Source: the human T2T-CHM13v2.0 reference genome, Homo sapiens. Taken from it: DNA of 64,000 nt. The DNA lies in NCBI RefSeq assembly GCF_009914755.1, contig NC_060927.1; one strand, 5' to 3'. Below, piece by piece: positions 1-13,250 of the stretch (its first letter is position 1; each line of letters starts with the position of its first letter). A program made the position numbers and the translations under genes. Under the pieces are notes generated by a model that did no database searches, was not told the DNA's origin, and worked only from the letters and a program-made list of their open reading frames with translations.

Positions 1-271
1 TAGAATCCTAATGTAGAAGTATTTATTCTTATGGAAACAATTTTGCTAGGACTTCAACTGTTCTGGAAGTTATCCACTTGGAACTTAGAATAATGTCAGT
101 AATTTTTTGTAAAAATAGAAATTCAAGTTTATTGAGCCATTCCATTTATTGTCGGTGTTTTTCATCTATTTCAATCTGAACCTATTTTCCTTGATCAGCT
201 TCCTGATCCTTTTGGTTCAAGTTCTAATCCTTCTTGTGATCTGCCTCACCTCTACCTCTGTTAGGTTTTCT

Positions 272-402
272 GCATATTGGGTACTATGTTTATTATTTGG
301 ATGATGGGTTCAATAGAGGCCTAAAGCCCAGCATTATGCAATATATCTATGTAACAAACACACATGTACTCCCTGAATCTAAAATAATAATAATAATAAT
401 AA
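272..402 (+). mobile_element. L1 3' end fragment (old L1PA/L1PB-type) with (AAT)n tail
   Basis: tattgggtactatg...atgtaacaaac...catgtactccctgaatctaaaat matches the L1P 3'UTR terminus; tail decayed to (aat)n. Confidence 0.7.
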
Positions 403-403
403 T

Positions 404-750
404 TCAAACTCACAGAAGCAGAGAATAGAATGGTGGTTACCAACACTTGGGAGTAGGTACAGGTTGAGTAGATGTTGAATAAAAGATACAAAATTTCAAT
501 TATATAGGAGAAATAAGTTCAAGAGATCTATTATACTACACGGTGACTACAGTTAATACAATGTATTATCTACTTGAAAATTGTTGACAAGTAGATTTTA
601 AGTATTCTCACCATAAAAAATTAGGTACAGTAGGTAATAAATATGTTAATTAGCTTGATTTAGCCATTTCACAATGTATACATATTTCAAAACATCATAT
701 TATACACCATAAATGTATACAATTTTAAATTTGTAAATTAAAGAAAGTTT
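404..750 (+). mobile_element. L1MA-type 3'UTR fragment
   Basis: cagaagcagagaatagaatggtggttacc...ggtgactacagttaata...aattagcttgatttagccatttcacaatgtatacatatttcaaaacatcat, typical of L1MA 3' ends. Confidence 0.75.
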
Positions 751-824
751 CAAATTTTTTCATCAAAAAAACCTAAAATTTTAAAAATTAATGACAGGGA
801 AAAACATTTTTAAAGAAAAACTGT

Positions 825-1000
825 GGCTGGACATGGTGGTTAATGACTGTAATCCTAGTACTCCAGAAGACCAAGGCAGGAAAATCATTTGCAGCCTGTA
901 GTTCAAGACCAAAATAGTGAAAGCCCATCTCTAGAAATATAAAATCAACTGAGCAACATAGTGAAAGCCCATCTCTAGAAATATAAAAAGATAAAAAGAA
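825..1000 (+). mobile_element. Degenerate Alu monomer (FLAM/left arm) with internal 31-bp duplication
   Basis: ggctggacatggtggttaatgactgtaatcctagtact...gttcaagacc...gcaacatagtgaaagcccatctcta followed by an A-rich tail. Confidence 0.7.
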
Positions 1001-1419
1001 AAACTGTCATAAATATATGATATATCATAAAATGTCACCATAGGACACACACATACACACACACACACACAAATCAAATTGTAGAAAGCATCTATTTCCA
1101 CCTCACAGTTCAAAAACAATAAAAAATATGGCAGCCTCACAGAAAAAATAATCTATTAGTTTTTCTCTCTTCCTATACCCCAGCTGTAGGCATTGCCATC
1201 CCCAAACTTCTGGCATTATTGTTGCCATACTATTATTAGCTGTCCCTGCTATCAGTCCTGAAGATGCTTATAGTTCATTTTCTCATTACTTTGTTACTTT
1301 TATTGCTACTACACTTCTGTCACCTAGTTAGTCACTAGGTTGCCAGAAGTAATTTCTGGACCCAATTTTCGGACAAGAACCAGTACTAGAAATGGATACA
1401 CCATATAGAGCTTTTATAA

Positions 1420-3210
1420 TTGCAATAATTTACCTGTAATTAGATTTGTTTGCTTCATAAAGTTTCCAGTTACTCTCTACTGTTCTTTCATTTCAACTTG
1501 CCATCTCCTTTTAGCATTTCCTGCAGAGCAGGTCTAGCGGTAACAAACTACCTCACCGTTTTTTATCTGAGAGTGTCTTAGCTTCTCCCTCACTTTTGAA
1601 GAACAGTTTTGATAAATATAGTATTCTTGGTTGAATGTTTTTTTTCCCCCTTTGGCCCTTTGAATATATAAGCCCACTGATTTCTGGCTCTCAAATGTTT
1701 TAATAAGTAATTTTTATAAACTTATTGAGCATCTTTTATATATTATTAGTCATGTAAAAGACTAACCTGCTTTCAAAATTTGCTCTTTGTCTCTGGTTTT
1801 TGACAGTTTAATTATAATGTGTCTCAGTGTGGTTCTCTTTGAGTTCTTTTTGTTTGAGTTTGTTGAACTTCTTGGATATTTATATCCATGTCCTTAATCA
1901 AATTTAAGATTTTGACCATTATTTTTAAAAATAGTTTCCCTTACCATTTTTCTCTCTCTTCTCCTTCTGAAACTCCCACAATGCATATGTTGGTCCACTT
2001 GATGTGTTCCACAAGACTGAAAGGCTCTGTTCATTTTTCTGCAATCTTTTTATTTCTTTTCCTCAGACTTAATATTTTCCATTGTCCTATTTTCAAGTTT
2101 ATTGATTCTTTATTCTGCCTGCTCAAATATGTCTTTAAATACCTTTAAGGAGTTTTTCATTTCAGTTATTGTACTTTTAACCTCTAGAACTTTTTCTTTC
2201 TTTTTAGATTTTCTGTCTTTTTATTGATATTTCCATTTTGTTGATACATCATTTTCTTGACATTCTCCACATCTCCTTTACTTCTCTGAACATCTTTAAG
2301 ACAGTTGTTTTAAAGACTTTTTCTGATAGATCTGCCATCAGTTTTTTTTTTAGGGGCAATTTCTATTTGTTTATTCATTTATTTGAATTGGCCATACTTT
2401 GTATGCCTTGTAGAAAACTAAATATTTGAGTATAGTAGTATGATAACTCTGGATATCAGATTATCCTCCTTCCCCAGGGTTTGCTGGTTTTTATTTGTTT
2501 TGTTGTTGTTTACTTATTTTTTTTTATTGGTGTAGGCTGTTTCTGTGCCAAGCATACACACTTTACAAGTGTGTAAAGTGAAGGTCTTCTCAGGTCTTTT
2601 CTCAGCCTGTGCCTCCCCCTGGACAAGTGCAGTAACTTTCTGATTCCCCCTGTACATGTGACTGCTTTTGAATGTCCTAGTCTTTAATGTATGGCTCTCA
2701 AAAGGGGGCAAAGGGAAAAATTAGAAGGAAAAAAGACACTGGCACTGCCTTTTTAAATTTCATGCAAATCACTTCAACCAAACGAGGAGCAACTTGCAAC
2801 AAAGGGTAACTGCAACAACAATAGCCACTGCCTCTTTGTGTGCGGCTCTGTGATCAGAAGCAGCAATTAGTGATCAGAGCACAAATCCATGGTATTTGGA
2901 GGACAGGATGTTTTGTGCCCACCCTGGCTCCTGCAAGTGGTATACAAGCTGCTCCTGGAGCACATGCACAGTTTCCTGCCAGAGGGCTAAGGGGTAAGTG
3001 GATGAGTAGTGGCTACTATGGTAATAGATGAAATTGACCTAAATTTACCTCAGTTTTTGGTTTCAGCCTTACCCTGGAAGTTGCAAGCCTTCAGTATACA
3101 CCTGAGTTCTAACAGTTACATCAAACAGATTCTGCCAGTACCGTTTTTGTCTAGGTGAGGAGACAGACTTCAGGTGCTTCCTACTCTGCCATGTTTCCAA
3201 AAACCTTCTT
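1420..3210 (-). mobile_element. Old L1M 5'/ORF1-region fragment (L1MC/MD/ME 5'-end type)
   Basis: T-rich antisense L1 ORF1-like sequence: tttagcatttcctgcagagcaggtctag..., cacttttgaagaacagttttg..., tttgacagtttaattataatgtgtctcagtgtgg. Confidence 0.65.
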
Positions 3211-3649
3211 ATCTATTGTGTTTTAAAGAAAAACTAATACTTGTTAGAAATTACTCAAGAAGAAAGAAGGAAAGGGCTTTCTTCTTCTAGTTTTAAAAAT
3301 TCAGCCCCAAACAGAACATATCATTTAGAATGGTTGAAATTCCATTACAAATAAGAGAAACCCAATTCAGAGTAGCTCCAGCAGCAGTGAAGATTGTGTT
3401 AGCCTAAGTAACCGAATAATATGATGTATGAATTAGGAGGTATATCTGGCATCAGGAACATCAGGAATGAGGACACTGAGGGTATACCAGAATTCTGTCC
3501 ATTTCCTCCTTCTCCTAGACTGAGAGATCTATGCTCTTAAGATATTTTTGCTACAGAGGAGAGTTCTGGTGCCTTACAGCTCATAGCTTTGCCTGTTTAT
3601 GGACATTAGATTTTGTTTTCTCCAGTGTGGAAAAATGAGATGTTATTTG

Positions 3650-4110
3650 AGGATGTTAGGAAGGAGTTTGGCTTGATCTGGGTTTACATTTTGGAAAGGT
3701 AACCTTGGTTGCTCCATTTTATTGTGGGGCATGAAGGGTACAAAAGAGAGAGAAGCCAGTAAGGAGGTTATTATAGTAGTTCAAAGGAGAAATAAATGTG
3801 GCTTGGTGTGGCATGGGCAGAGCAGAAAGGGTGGGAATGTTTCAACTGGGATATATTATGGAGGATAAAAAACAGGTCAGACTGATTGATTTGAAGATGT
3901 GAAGAATCAAAGAGGAATCAAGGATAACTCCTGTGGTTTTGGCTAAGAAATTTGATGGATAGTGGTATCATTTAATGAGAAAGGAAATGCTTAGGGATGA
4001 GAAAATGTGGTTTAAGATTAATACATTTATTAAGCCCTTAAGTAGAGATTCAAGTGACAAGCTGGTTATCCAATTGTAGAGTTCTGATGGGAGGCCAGAA
4101 TGGACATAAA
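3650..4110 (-). mobile_element. L2 fragment
   Basis: Purine-rich antisense L2 motifs: ccagtaaggaggttattatagtagttca, gaggaatcaaggataactcctgtggttttggct, gatggatagtggtatcatttaatgag. Confidence 0.6.
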
Positions 4111-4199
4111 ATTATTGAAAAGGAGTTATATGATTATCATTTTGTGAAAATAAACATGATTCTTTATCCAGAAGATGTAATAGAATCAACATAAAAATT

Positions 4200-5375
4200 C
4201 TAAAACCTGGCAGAGATACAACAACAAAAAAGAACTTCAGGCCGATATCCTTGATGAACATTGATGCAAAAATTCTCAATAAAATACTGGCAAATTGAAT
4301 CCAGAAGCACATCAAGAAGCTTATCCATCACAAATAAGTAGACTTCATTCCCCAGGAAGCAAGGTTGGCTCAACATACACAAATCAATAACTGTGAGTGA
4401 TCACATAAACAGAACTAAGACTAAAAAACACATGATTTTCTCAATAGATGCAGAAAAGGCCTCTGATAAAATTCAACATCCTTCATGTTAAAAACTCTCA
4501 GGAAACTAGGTATTGAAGGGACATACCTCAAAATAATAAGAGCCATATATGACAAACGCACAGCCAATATCATGCTGAATGGGCAAAATCTGGAAGCATT
4601 CCCCTGAAAGCCAGCACAAGACAAGAATGTGCCACCTCTCACCACTCCTATTCAACACAGTATAGAAAGTTCTGGTCGGGGCTATCAGGCAAGCAAAAGA
4701 AAGGATATTCAAACGTAAAGAGAGGAAGTCAAACTGTCTTTGTTTGCAGATTACAAGATCCGATACCTAGAAAACCAGCATTGTCTCAGCTCAAAAGCTT
4801 CTTAAGCTGATAAGCAACTTCAGCAAAGTCTCAGGATACAAAATCAATGTGCAAAAATTGCTAGCATTTCTATGCACCAACAGGCAAGCCAAAAGCCAAA
4901 TCAAGAATGAACTCCCATTCACAGTTGCCATGAAATAATAAAATACCTAGGAATACAGCTAACAGTGGAAGTGAAGGACTTCTTCAAGGAGAACTACAAA
5001 CCACTATTCAAAGAAATCAGAGATGACACAAACAAATGGAAAAACATTCCATGCTCATGGATAGAAGAATCAATATTGTGAAAATTGTCATACTGCCCAA
5101 AGCAATTTATGGATTAAATGCTATTTCCATTAAACTACCATTGACATTCTTCACAGAATTAAACTATTTTAAAATTCATATGGAATGAAAAAAGAGCTCA
5201 TATAACCAAGACAATTCTAAGCAAAAAGAACAAAGCTGGAGGCATCACGCTGCCAGACTTCAAACTATACTACAAGGCTACAGTAACCAAAACAGCATGG
5301 TACTGGTACAAAAAACAGACACATAGACCAATGGAACAAAATGGAGAACTCAGAAGACCACACATCTACAACCAC
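4200..5375 (+). mobile_element. L1P (older L1PA/L1PB) ORF2 internal fragment, reverse transcriptase region, disrupted
   Basis: Encodes remnants such as [35 protein letters not shown] (from FADD) and [26 protein letters not shown]; has stops and frameshifts; no 3'UTR or polyA. Confidence 0.92.
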
Positions 5376-6297
5376 TAGAAGATATGAATCGCTTCTAAAT
5401 TACAGGAAAAATCCAGGATTATCCCTAATATTCAATAAGTAATAAATATCCTCCAGAAATTGTTGTAGATTTATTCAGACTCAAACAAATGAAGAAATAT
5501 CATTCCCCAACATATGAAGATATAATATTGTAAACATTCAATCCAATTTCCATTTTAGCAGATTTATAATGAGTCACAGCAGCTGGTAGCAACAGCCTTA
5601 AAAGACAAGACCACGCCCACAAATGATTGGACTAGTAGTGAACTCAAATAATACCAGCATACTACCTGGATATTTTAGTGTGAGCTCTTGACTAAGTAAT
5701 ATGAACCTATTCCAGTTAGGTGGAGGGAGAAGAAAGTTGGTCTTAATCTGGGTCTTGAGTTAGTGCAAGGAAGCTGAATCTACACAAAAACTGGATTTGA
5801 GGAAACAAGAATCATAGGTAAGCAAATAAAGTGGCTCTGCAGAGAAATCCAGGAGAATACAGAAGACTGAAAGTCAGGAACAGAAATAAAATACCATTCC
5901 ATGCTATGAGAGATTAAGGAGTTGCCTCAATGCCTGTTTCCCCTTCAGGCCCTATGATGCACAGCATACTACTTTTTTTTTCTCCTTCGATATCAGTATT
6001 TCCTGTCCTACATATAGACTTAGAGTACCCCTCTTAGGCAGAGTTGGTAATGCTGATTCAGTTAGGAAAATAATCACAGATGTTGCAGAGTATTTATGTT
6101 CAAAGATATATATATAGCCAAATTATTTAATAGGAAAAAATAATTTAAGTCTGCAATAAGAGAAATGATTAAATTGCAGTATTCAGAATATCCGTACAAA
6201 GTAATGTTACACAACCAATAAAAACATATATTTATGACAGTTATATCTTCATACATGTATTCATGTTATATATTCACATATATTTATATGTCATATA

Positions 6298-7012
6298 TAG
6301 GTTGAGTATCTCTTATCCAGAATGCTTGGGGCCAGAAATGCCTCTGATTTCAGATTTTTTGGATTTTGAAATATTTGTATATACATAATGAGGTACCTTG
6401 GGGATAGAAACCAAATCTAAACACAAAAATTATTTATGTTTCCTATATATTTTATACACATAGCTGAAGGCAATTTTATGTGATATTTCAAAAAATGTGT
6501 GCATGAAACAAAATTTGTATACAGTTAACCAACAGAAAGCAACGTCACTGTCTCGGCCACCCAGGTTTTTTGGCATCACTGTAATTCATGATTCTTAATT
6601 CATCTTCAGATAAGCAATCATTTTCTTACACTTATTAACCCATTAAATATTTAACAGTAAAACATATAGCATACCATTAATACAAGTGAAAAAATAATGT
6701 GTTCAGGGTAACTAAGCAGCACAGTAGCATCACCAAAATACCTTATCAGCTGTTAAACAACAGTGATGGCAAACAAGGGTAGCCTTTCAGTCTTCATCTG
6801 CAATGATGTGTTTTGATTAAAAGGTTACTGTACACTGTATTGTAACCCCCTTGGGGACACTGAATAAACTGTGTGTTGTGCACCTGTGTTTTCAATGAGA
6901 CACATCACATGAGATCAGGTGTGGAATTTTTTACTTGTGGCACAAGGTCAGTGCTCATAAAGGTTTGGATTTGGGGACATTTTGGATTTTTGAATTAGAG
7001 ATGCTCAACATG
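6298..7012 (-). mobile_element. Tigger4/MER46 (Zombi) non-autonomous TcMar DNA transposon
   Basis: TIRs taggttgagtatctcttatcc ... aattagagatgctcaacatg, TA flanks, internal aatgcttggggccagaa...tttcagattttttggattttgaa. Confidence 0.8.
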
Positions 7013-7420
7013 TATATGATATTGATGTATATATGTATCAAATGTGACATTGTATATTTATATATATATGACAATTATATATTCAATGACAATTCAGTTA
7101 CACATATAGAAACTAATCTTATGGCGTGAAAAGAAAAAGCAGAATGTAAAACTGAAAGTAAATACGACACATTTATACATGCATTCTCATATGCCATCAG
7201 CCTCACTTGCCTAGGTCTTTATAATGTGATTATATGTTATTTCTACACACCAGCCAACCTGCCAGAAGGGCCCTTAAAGGTCTCTGAGTTATCTTTAAGA
7301 GTTTCTCATAGGGCAGTCTACCCACGCTCTGTAACAGGTTCTTCTTTGGCCTTTGTTGTGGACATTGTGTCTTGACCTCACTGTTGATGGACCTTGTGAG
7401 TTCTCCAGTCTTCAGAGACT

Positions 7421-7439
7421 CGCTGCCATCTACTGGTTA
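7421..7439 (-). promoter_or_regulatory. CTCF motif
   Basis: Reverse complement reads aaCCAGTAGATGGCAGCg, a full match to core consensus CCASYAGRKGGCRS; motif only, occupancy unknown. Confidence 0.55.
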
Positions 7440-8379
7440 TTGTTACCAGTTCTGCTCCTCTAGTCTTGGAGTTGGGTCCCGACTCTCACCAATACCCACA
7501 ACATAATCATTCCAGATTTTAATAAGGCCTGGGAATAGTAGAACTACAGCACAAATTTGTTTCTATCAATGGCGGCTCCTTGTATTTAAAGCCTAAATAT
7601 TACCTCATATCTGCTTTCTCACGAGGTCCCCATATACTAAACTAGTTCAACTTCCAGAAACAGTTTCTAGAAAGGTTCATATCTAAAGTCTGAACCCAAA
7701 TGTACTACAGTTACAGAGAGAGGAGGAAGACATTTATGTGCCTGAAGTCCAGCGCCCATGAATATCCTGATCCAGGATGCAGGATGGTGGAAACATTTAT
7801 CTCCTGCATAGGATATTTTCTCTCATAAGGAAAATGCATGGATTCCCATAACCTCCATAATTATAATATTTATGCTACTCTTTGCAAAGCCTACATCATT
7901 CAGTTTTAAATATTTTACTGTGGATGCAGCCCCATCCAGGTTGTGATCCCCTGGATTATAAAGTTAAGGTTTGATTAGGGTGACATGTCCTTCTGCCATG
8001 AGTGAATTCTTAATTTTTTAGTGACCAAATGCTTATATGATAGCACAGCATGCACTGAAGAATAAAAATGAATTTTATCATAGGGTAATCCAAATGTGGA
8101 TTTGAGGAACAAAATATTTTCTAACTCTGTAAATGACAATCCTACCAAAAGAGCCAATTTATAACACTGCAAAAAACCACTAACACCTCAATCTGAAGCA
8201 AGTTTTCCCAGTAAAAGTACCAGCCAAATGCCTGATTAACTAAAAGATTTGCAAAAGTGGCCCTTTGTAGAAGGAAAATTCCCTTAAGGGAAATTTCTAG
8301 ACTCAAAAACTGCTTACCATCCCCAAAATGATGTTATTCAAAATGAAACAATTTAAATTGCTCTCTTCAATGGTCATAT

Positions 8380-8485
8380 GTGAACAGTGATTATCACTGG
8401 GTGATGAGATTTGCTTTTTAAACAATTTTCTATGTTTTAAAAATTTTCTATATTGAATGTGTATTATTAAAAATAAAATAGTTTT
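8380..8485 (+). mobile_element. Old L1ME-type 3' end fragment
   Basis: aacagtgattatcactgggtgatgagatt...ttttctatattgaatgtgtatta resembles the L1ME 3' terminus. Confidence 0.4.
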
Positions 8486-11400
8486 AAGAAGTCTATATTG
8501 GAGCTTATTTACCGTAATATATTGTAAATGAGTAATATAGCTGTTTGCCAAACTAGCTTATTAGTGGCTTGAACACCACTGACTTGATAAAGTTTTATTT
8601 TAAATGAAAAATTCTCATTCTGAAGAAAACCTGATGCTTCTATTAGTCGCATGATGATTACATCTGTAAGGATTCCAGTCAGAATTTATAGCAGTCAATA
8701 AACAAGCTCAAAACTCCTAAAAAGTAACGGATGAGATTGAATCTCATTTTCCCCTACTTAAATTAGAACATTATTAACTCTGTGTTGTTTGGAACTTAGG
8801 AGAAGGTTCATTTTATTTTTGTTTTTTAGGTTGTTAAAATCCAAGTAGAGTTAACTATTGAACTACAAATTGTTTTTTAAGGAAAAGTAATGGGTAATTT
8901 TATGGCATGGGCTTTGAGTTCATCACAAATTTTCAACACTAATGAAATTATTATATCCTTATGTTATCATTTTTGGTAACTTTTTTATATTGGGTTTAAG
9001 TAACCATCTTGGCAATAATTTCTAAGCTAATTAATTATATATGCCAACAGAGTTCAGTTTGATTTAGTTGTATATTCAATTCCCTTTTTATTGTGGTGGA
9101 ACTAGGAAATAAACTCTAATTCAATTTTAAGTACAAATAATTAAATGAATTGGGCTTATGAATGAAATCTTCTCATTGGCAATGCCAGGAGGTCAATTAA
9201 CTAGTTTTACAGTATTTCTGTGAACGAAAATGCATCTCCAATCGTGTGATAAATATTCGCTGTATAGGACTGAAAACACTGTTGATTTTATTAATCTTTC
9301 AGTTAGTCTGGAGTAGATATTTTCATTAGATTTACAGAAACCACTATACATTTTTGAAAGTAACATTTCTTAATATGAATTTGATGTGGAAGACTATCAT
9401 CTCTTTTACTCGACCAAAATAAAACTCTTTGGAGACACTTTATTTTTATTTCGTTTTACTAAAGCAATGTTTGTTTAGGTTATGTTGTGAAGTATATACA
9501 AACCATGTGGATTTTGATACTGAAATTCAGTTCAAATGTATATCTTCTATAAACATTAAAAGAGCTCTTTCATAAATGTCCTAAAAACAGTGATTAGAAT
9601 CGTGCCTGAAACAGCATGATTCTCTGATTCATTTGAGTTGTTTTAAAACAACTCACATAACATTATTGCCTTTGGACTCTTTCTTCTTTTCATCAGTTGA
9701 AATGTGTACTTTTAAATCATTTCTTAATTTAACTTTCTCACTTTTTTTTCAGTATGTAACTTGTCCATCCTTTTGCTGACCTTTATAAGTGGTTCTCTTT
9801 GTTATAAGAACAAAGTAACAGTGCCCTCTTACTTGATAATTATCAGGAAACTACAAGATCAAAGAAGGAATAGTTAATTTTATGTCTTCTTCTTTCTCTA
9901 AATCTTCTATGCTCTTTGATGTCACTCCTTATTGATCAGGAAAGAAAGTCTATCTCAAGTAGGGGTACGGGTCAGCAAACACAACTTCTGAGCTCAAAGA
10001 CATCATTTAAAATAAAAATAGAGATTATTTTGTTACTGACTAGGATAACTACATATGTTTATTTTTTCTGTCAAACACATAGCAATCAGGAAATATTGAA
10101 ATTATTTTCATTAAACCTCACATAATTTTTGCAATACAGTATTGAACTTGCTTATATTAATTAGCTGAGTACAAGTCCATTTCTTACAAAATATATTAGG
10201 CCAAAGCCTATAACCCCTATCTCCATTTTATAATTATCTATGCTTAGATAGTGAGCAAGGACTGAATTCATTGTCTTATGTTTTTTTTAGGTGCATTCTT
10301 TTGCATTAGTTAGCTATTTGTTCTGCTGGATAATTTCTATTAATTAAAGTTGGTAATCCCAGAAAATGAAGCCCAGTACATTCATCTCGAGTCATTATCG
10401 CCTTCTCTAAGTTTTGGATAATAAGCTCATCTGCCTCTTTGAAATGTCTCATGACTCAGCTGTTCAGAGAGATTGTCCATCTAAAGCAGAATGCATGAGA
10501 TAATGAGACTCCTTTTCCACGTCATGGTGAAAGAGAACATTCTTTGTTTGCTTAGAAATGCTATCTAGAGATGAAATTATGCCTCTAATATTTTATGACC
10601 TGCCAATTTTCATTCAGGGTTACTGTTTTTTTTTTCACGTTATAGTCTAAGATTTATTATTAAACAATGAAACAGGTTAACACTACCATTTGGCTTTAAT
10701 GTTTGACTACCGAAAAGCTAACCATTCATCAAATTTGTTTTTTAATTGTGGTTCCCTGGGTCACTCACACATATACATCGAAACAATTTATTAGTGTAAA
10801 GATTAATTGTGGTAATTTTATTGTCTTGGGATTAGATGAAGAGACCTTCAAAAACTCCTTTTGATGAAACAAGTAATAAAATGTAGAAACAGCGAGTTCT
10901 GTGGTTCAATATTTATATGTCTGTGCTAGAAGCTTTACATAAATTTGAAAACTTTTTGTAGGTATTTGCAGAGTGAAAATATGCCAATACTTCAGGCACA
11001 CTTATAAGCCCCTCTTGTCTTCAGTCTGGTTGGCTACGTCCAATAAAGTTTGATTTCTCCTGAAGGACCATTATGGTTTATTGGCTTAATGAAGCAAATT
11101 GGAAAAAGAATTTGTGCAGCACCTTTTCTGTGCTCTGGGTGCTTTATAAAATTGCAGAGTACGTTTCAGTTTTAAGCAATTCCCAATGATTAGTTTATTT
11201 CCAGTGTGGCAAAACAGGACCTGAGAAAATAACTATGAGTATCTTGCACACATGCACATGCACAGACACACACATGCATGCACACTAGTTCCAGCACCTT
11301 CTGTAGAACATGTTAACTGCCTCAAAGAGAGTATCCTCCAAGCAATAGTGAACAGAGTATTACTTTCTGTCTTTGTAAATTTTCCAGGATATCATGATCA

Positions 11401-11627
11401 ACCTAATTGTGTGGCGAATGGTTTTGGAGTCTGCTGATTAACATTTTATTATACAGGAGATCTCTAAAAGAGAGATTTGTCTCTTATCATGCTGATTCTT
11501 TCTCAAAATGAAGATTTTCACAGGTAGACCATTAGTGCCAGACACCTAAGAATTCTACTTTTCTTTATTAAAAACAGTATATAAAACAAAATTTTAAAAG
11601 ACTTCTTCATTTACAGAAGGAAGATAA

Positions 11628-12043
<416 letters not shown>

Positions 12044-12052
12044 TGGCCTCTC

Positions 12053-12360
12053 TTTTTTTAACAGACAAGGTCTTGCTCTGTTGCCCACGCTGGAGTAGCT
12101 GTGGCAAGATCATAGCTCATTGTAGCCTTTAACTCCTAGGCTTAAGCAATACTGCTGCCTCAGCTTCCCAAGCAGCTCTGACTACAGGTACACACCACCA
12201 CACCCAACTAATTTATTTAATTTAATTTTTTTTTTTTTTTTTGAAATAAGGGGTCTTGCTATGTTGCTCAGGCTGGTCACAAACTTCTGGGCTCAAGTGA
12301 TTCTCCTGTCTCAGCCTCCTAAAGTGCTGGGATTACAGGCGTGAGCCCCTGTGCCTGGCC
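12053..12360 (-). mobile_element. AluJ, tandem with the preceding AluS
   Basis: AluJ-type features (gatcatagctcattgtagcc, ctgggctcaagtgat, tcttgctatgttgc); flanked by tg(g/t)cctctctt TSD-like copies. Confidence 0.93.
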
Positions 12361-12559
12361 TGTCCTCTCTTATTGATGGTTATGGTTTAAAAATACTGAT
12401 TCTTATGTTCTCATTTGTAGCTAAAATAATACATTTAAAAGGATACTTTATTCCAATATTTTATAAATTTCCTTTTATAGGGTAGATTAAATAATTATAA
12501 TCTGGTACTATTTAAGAGCCTCATATGTTCACTATTCCCTGAAAAAGTGAATAAAGTCT

Positions 12560-13250
12560 CTAAGTCTACTTATGAAGTTTATGGAAACACTTAACTTGAA
12601 TTATGTGGCTAGGAACAAAATTAGAAGTGTATTGTTAAAAGATAATTTAAAAATAAAATTACAGTACATGCAAATATAAAATGGACATATGCCCAAGATT
12701 TTGACTCATTAATTAATGAGATAACCAGTAAGATGTTACAATTAATTCAGATGAATTTAAAGATATATATGAGCAATAAGGAAAGCTGAAATGAATGTAC
12801 AAATACATGCAAAACTGCTGTGTCCACAAGGCAATAAAGAATTGCATTCCTCAGGACTCAGTCCATTAGCATTTCTACAGAGAGGAGTAATTTGCATTAT
12901 TATCAGTTTTCTACAATTTACAGGGTTATAAAATAGCTCAAAGACAATGGAAGGCAGAGGTAACCAAGAAAGGCATACTAGACAGTACATCCAGCAGTGC
13001 TTTTGCATTTCTCAAAGCATTTCCCAATTTTTCCTGATAGTATTAATGCTGTTCACATTACTATCTTGCCACAAGCTTGTTCTTTAAGCAAAAGCCAGAA
13101 GATTTTTTTTATTATTTTTTATGAGTAAATATCTGAGAAAAATAATTTAGTTAAACCGCAACTAATAATTTAGGCCACCTATTAAAAACTATGATTCCAA
13201 GATGAATTGAATATGCTTTCTGTCATCTGAGACCATTTCTTTTATTTCAA
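12560..13250. mobile_element. Possible ERV1 (MER4-group) internal fragment
   Basis: actcattaattaatgag..ccagtaagatgttaca and ttctacaatttacagggttataaaatagctcaaa recall MER4-group internal consensus; weak recall only. Confidence 0.3.

Noticed and set aside
12704-12720. 16-bp perfect palindrome ctcattaattaatgag
   Set aside because: AT-rich core and probably part of an ERV internal repeat consensus.
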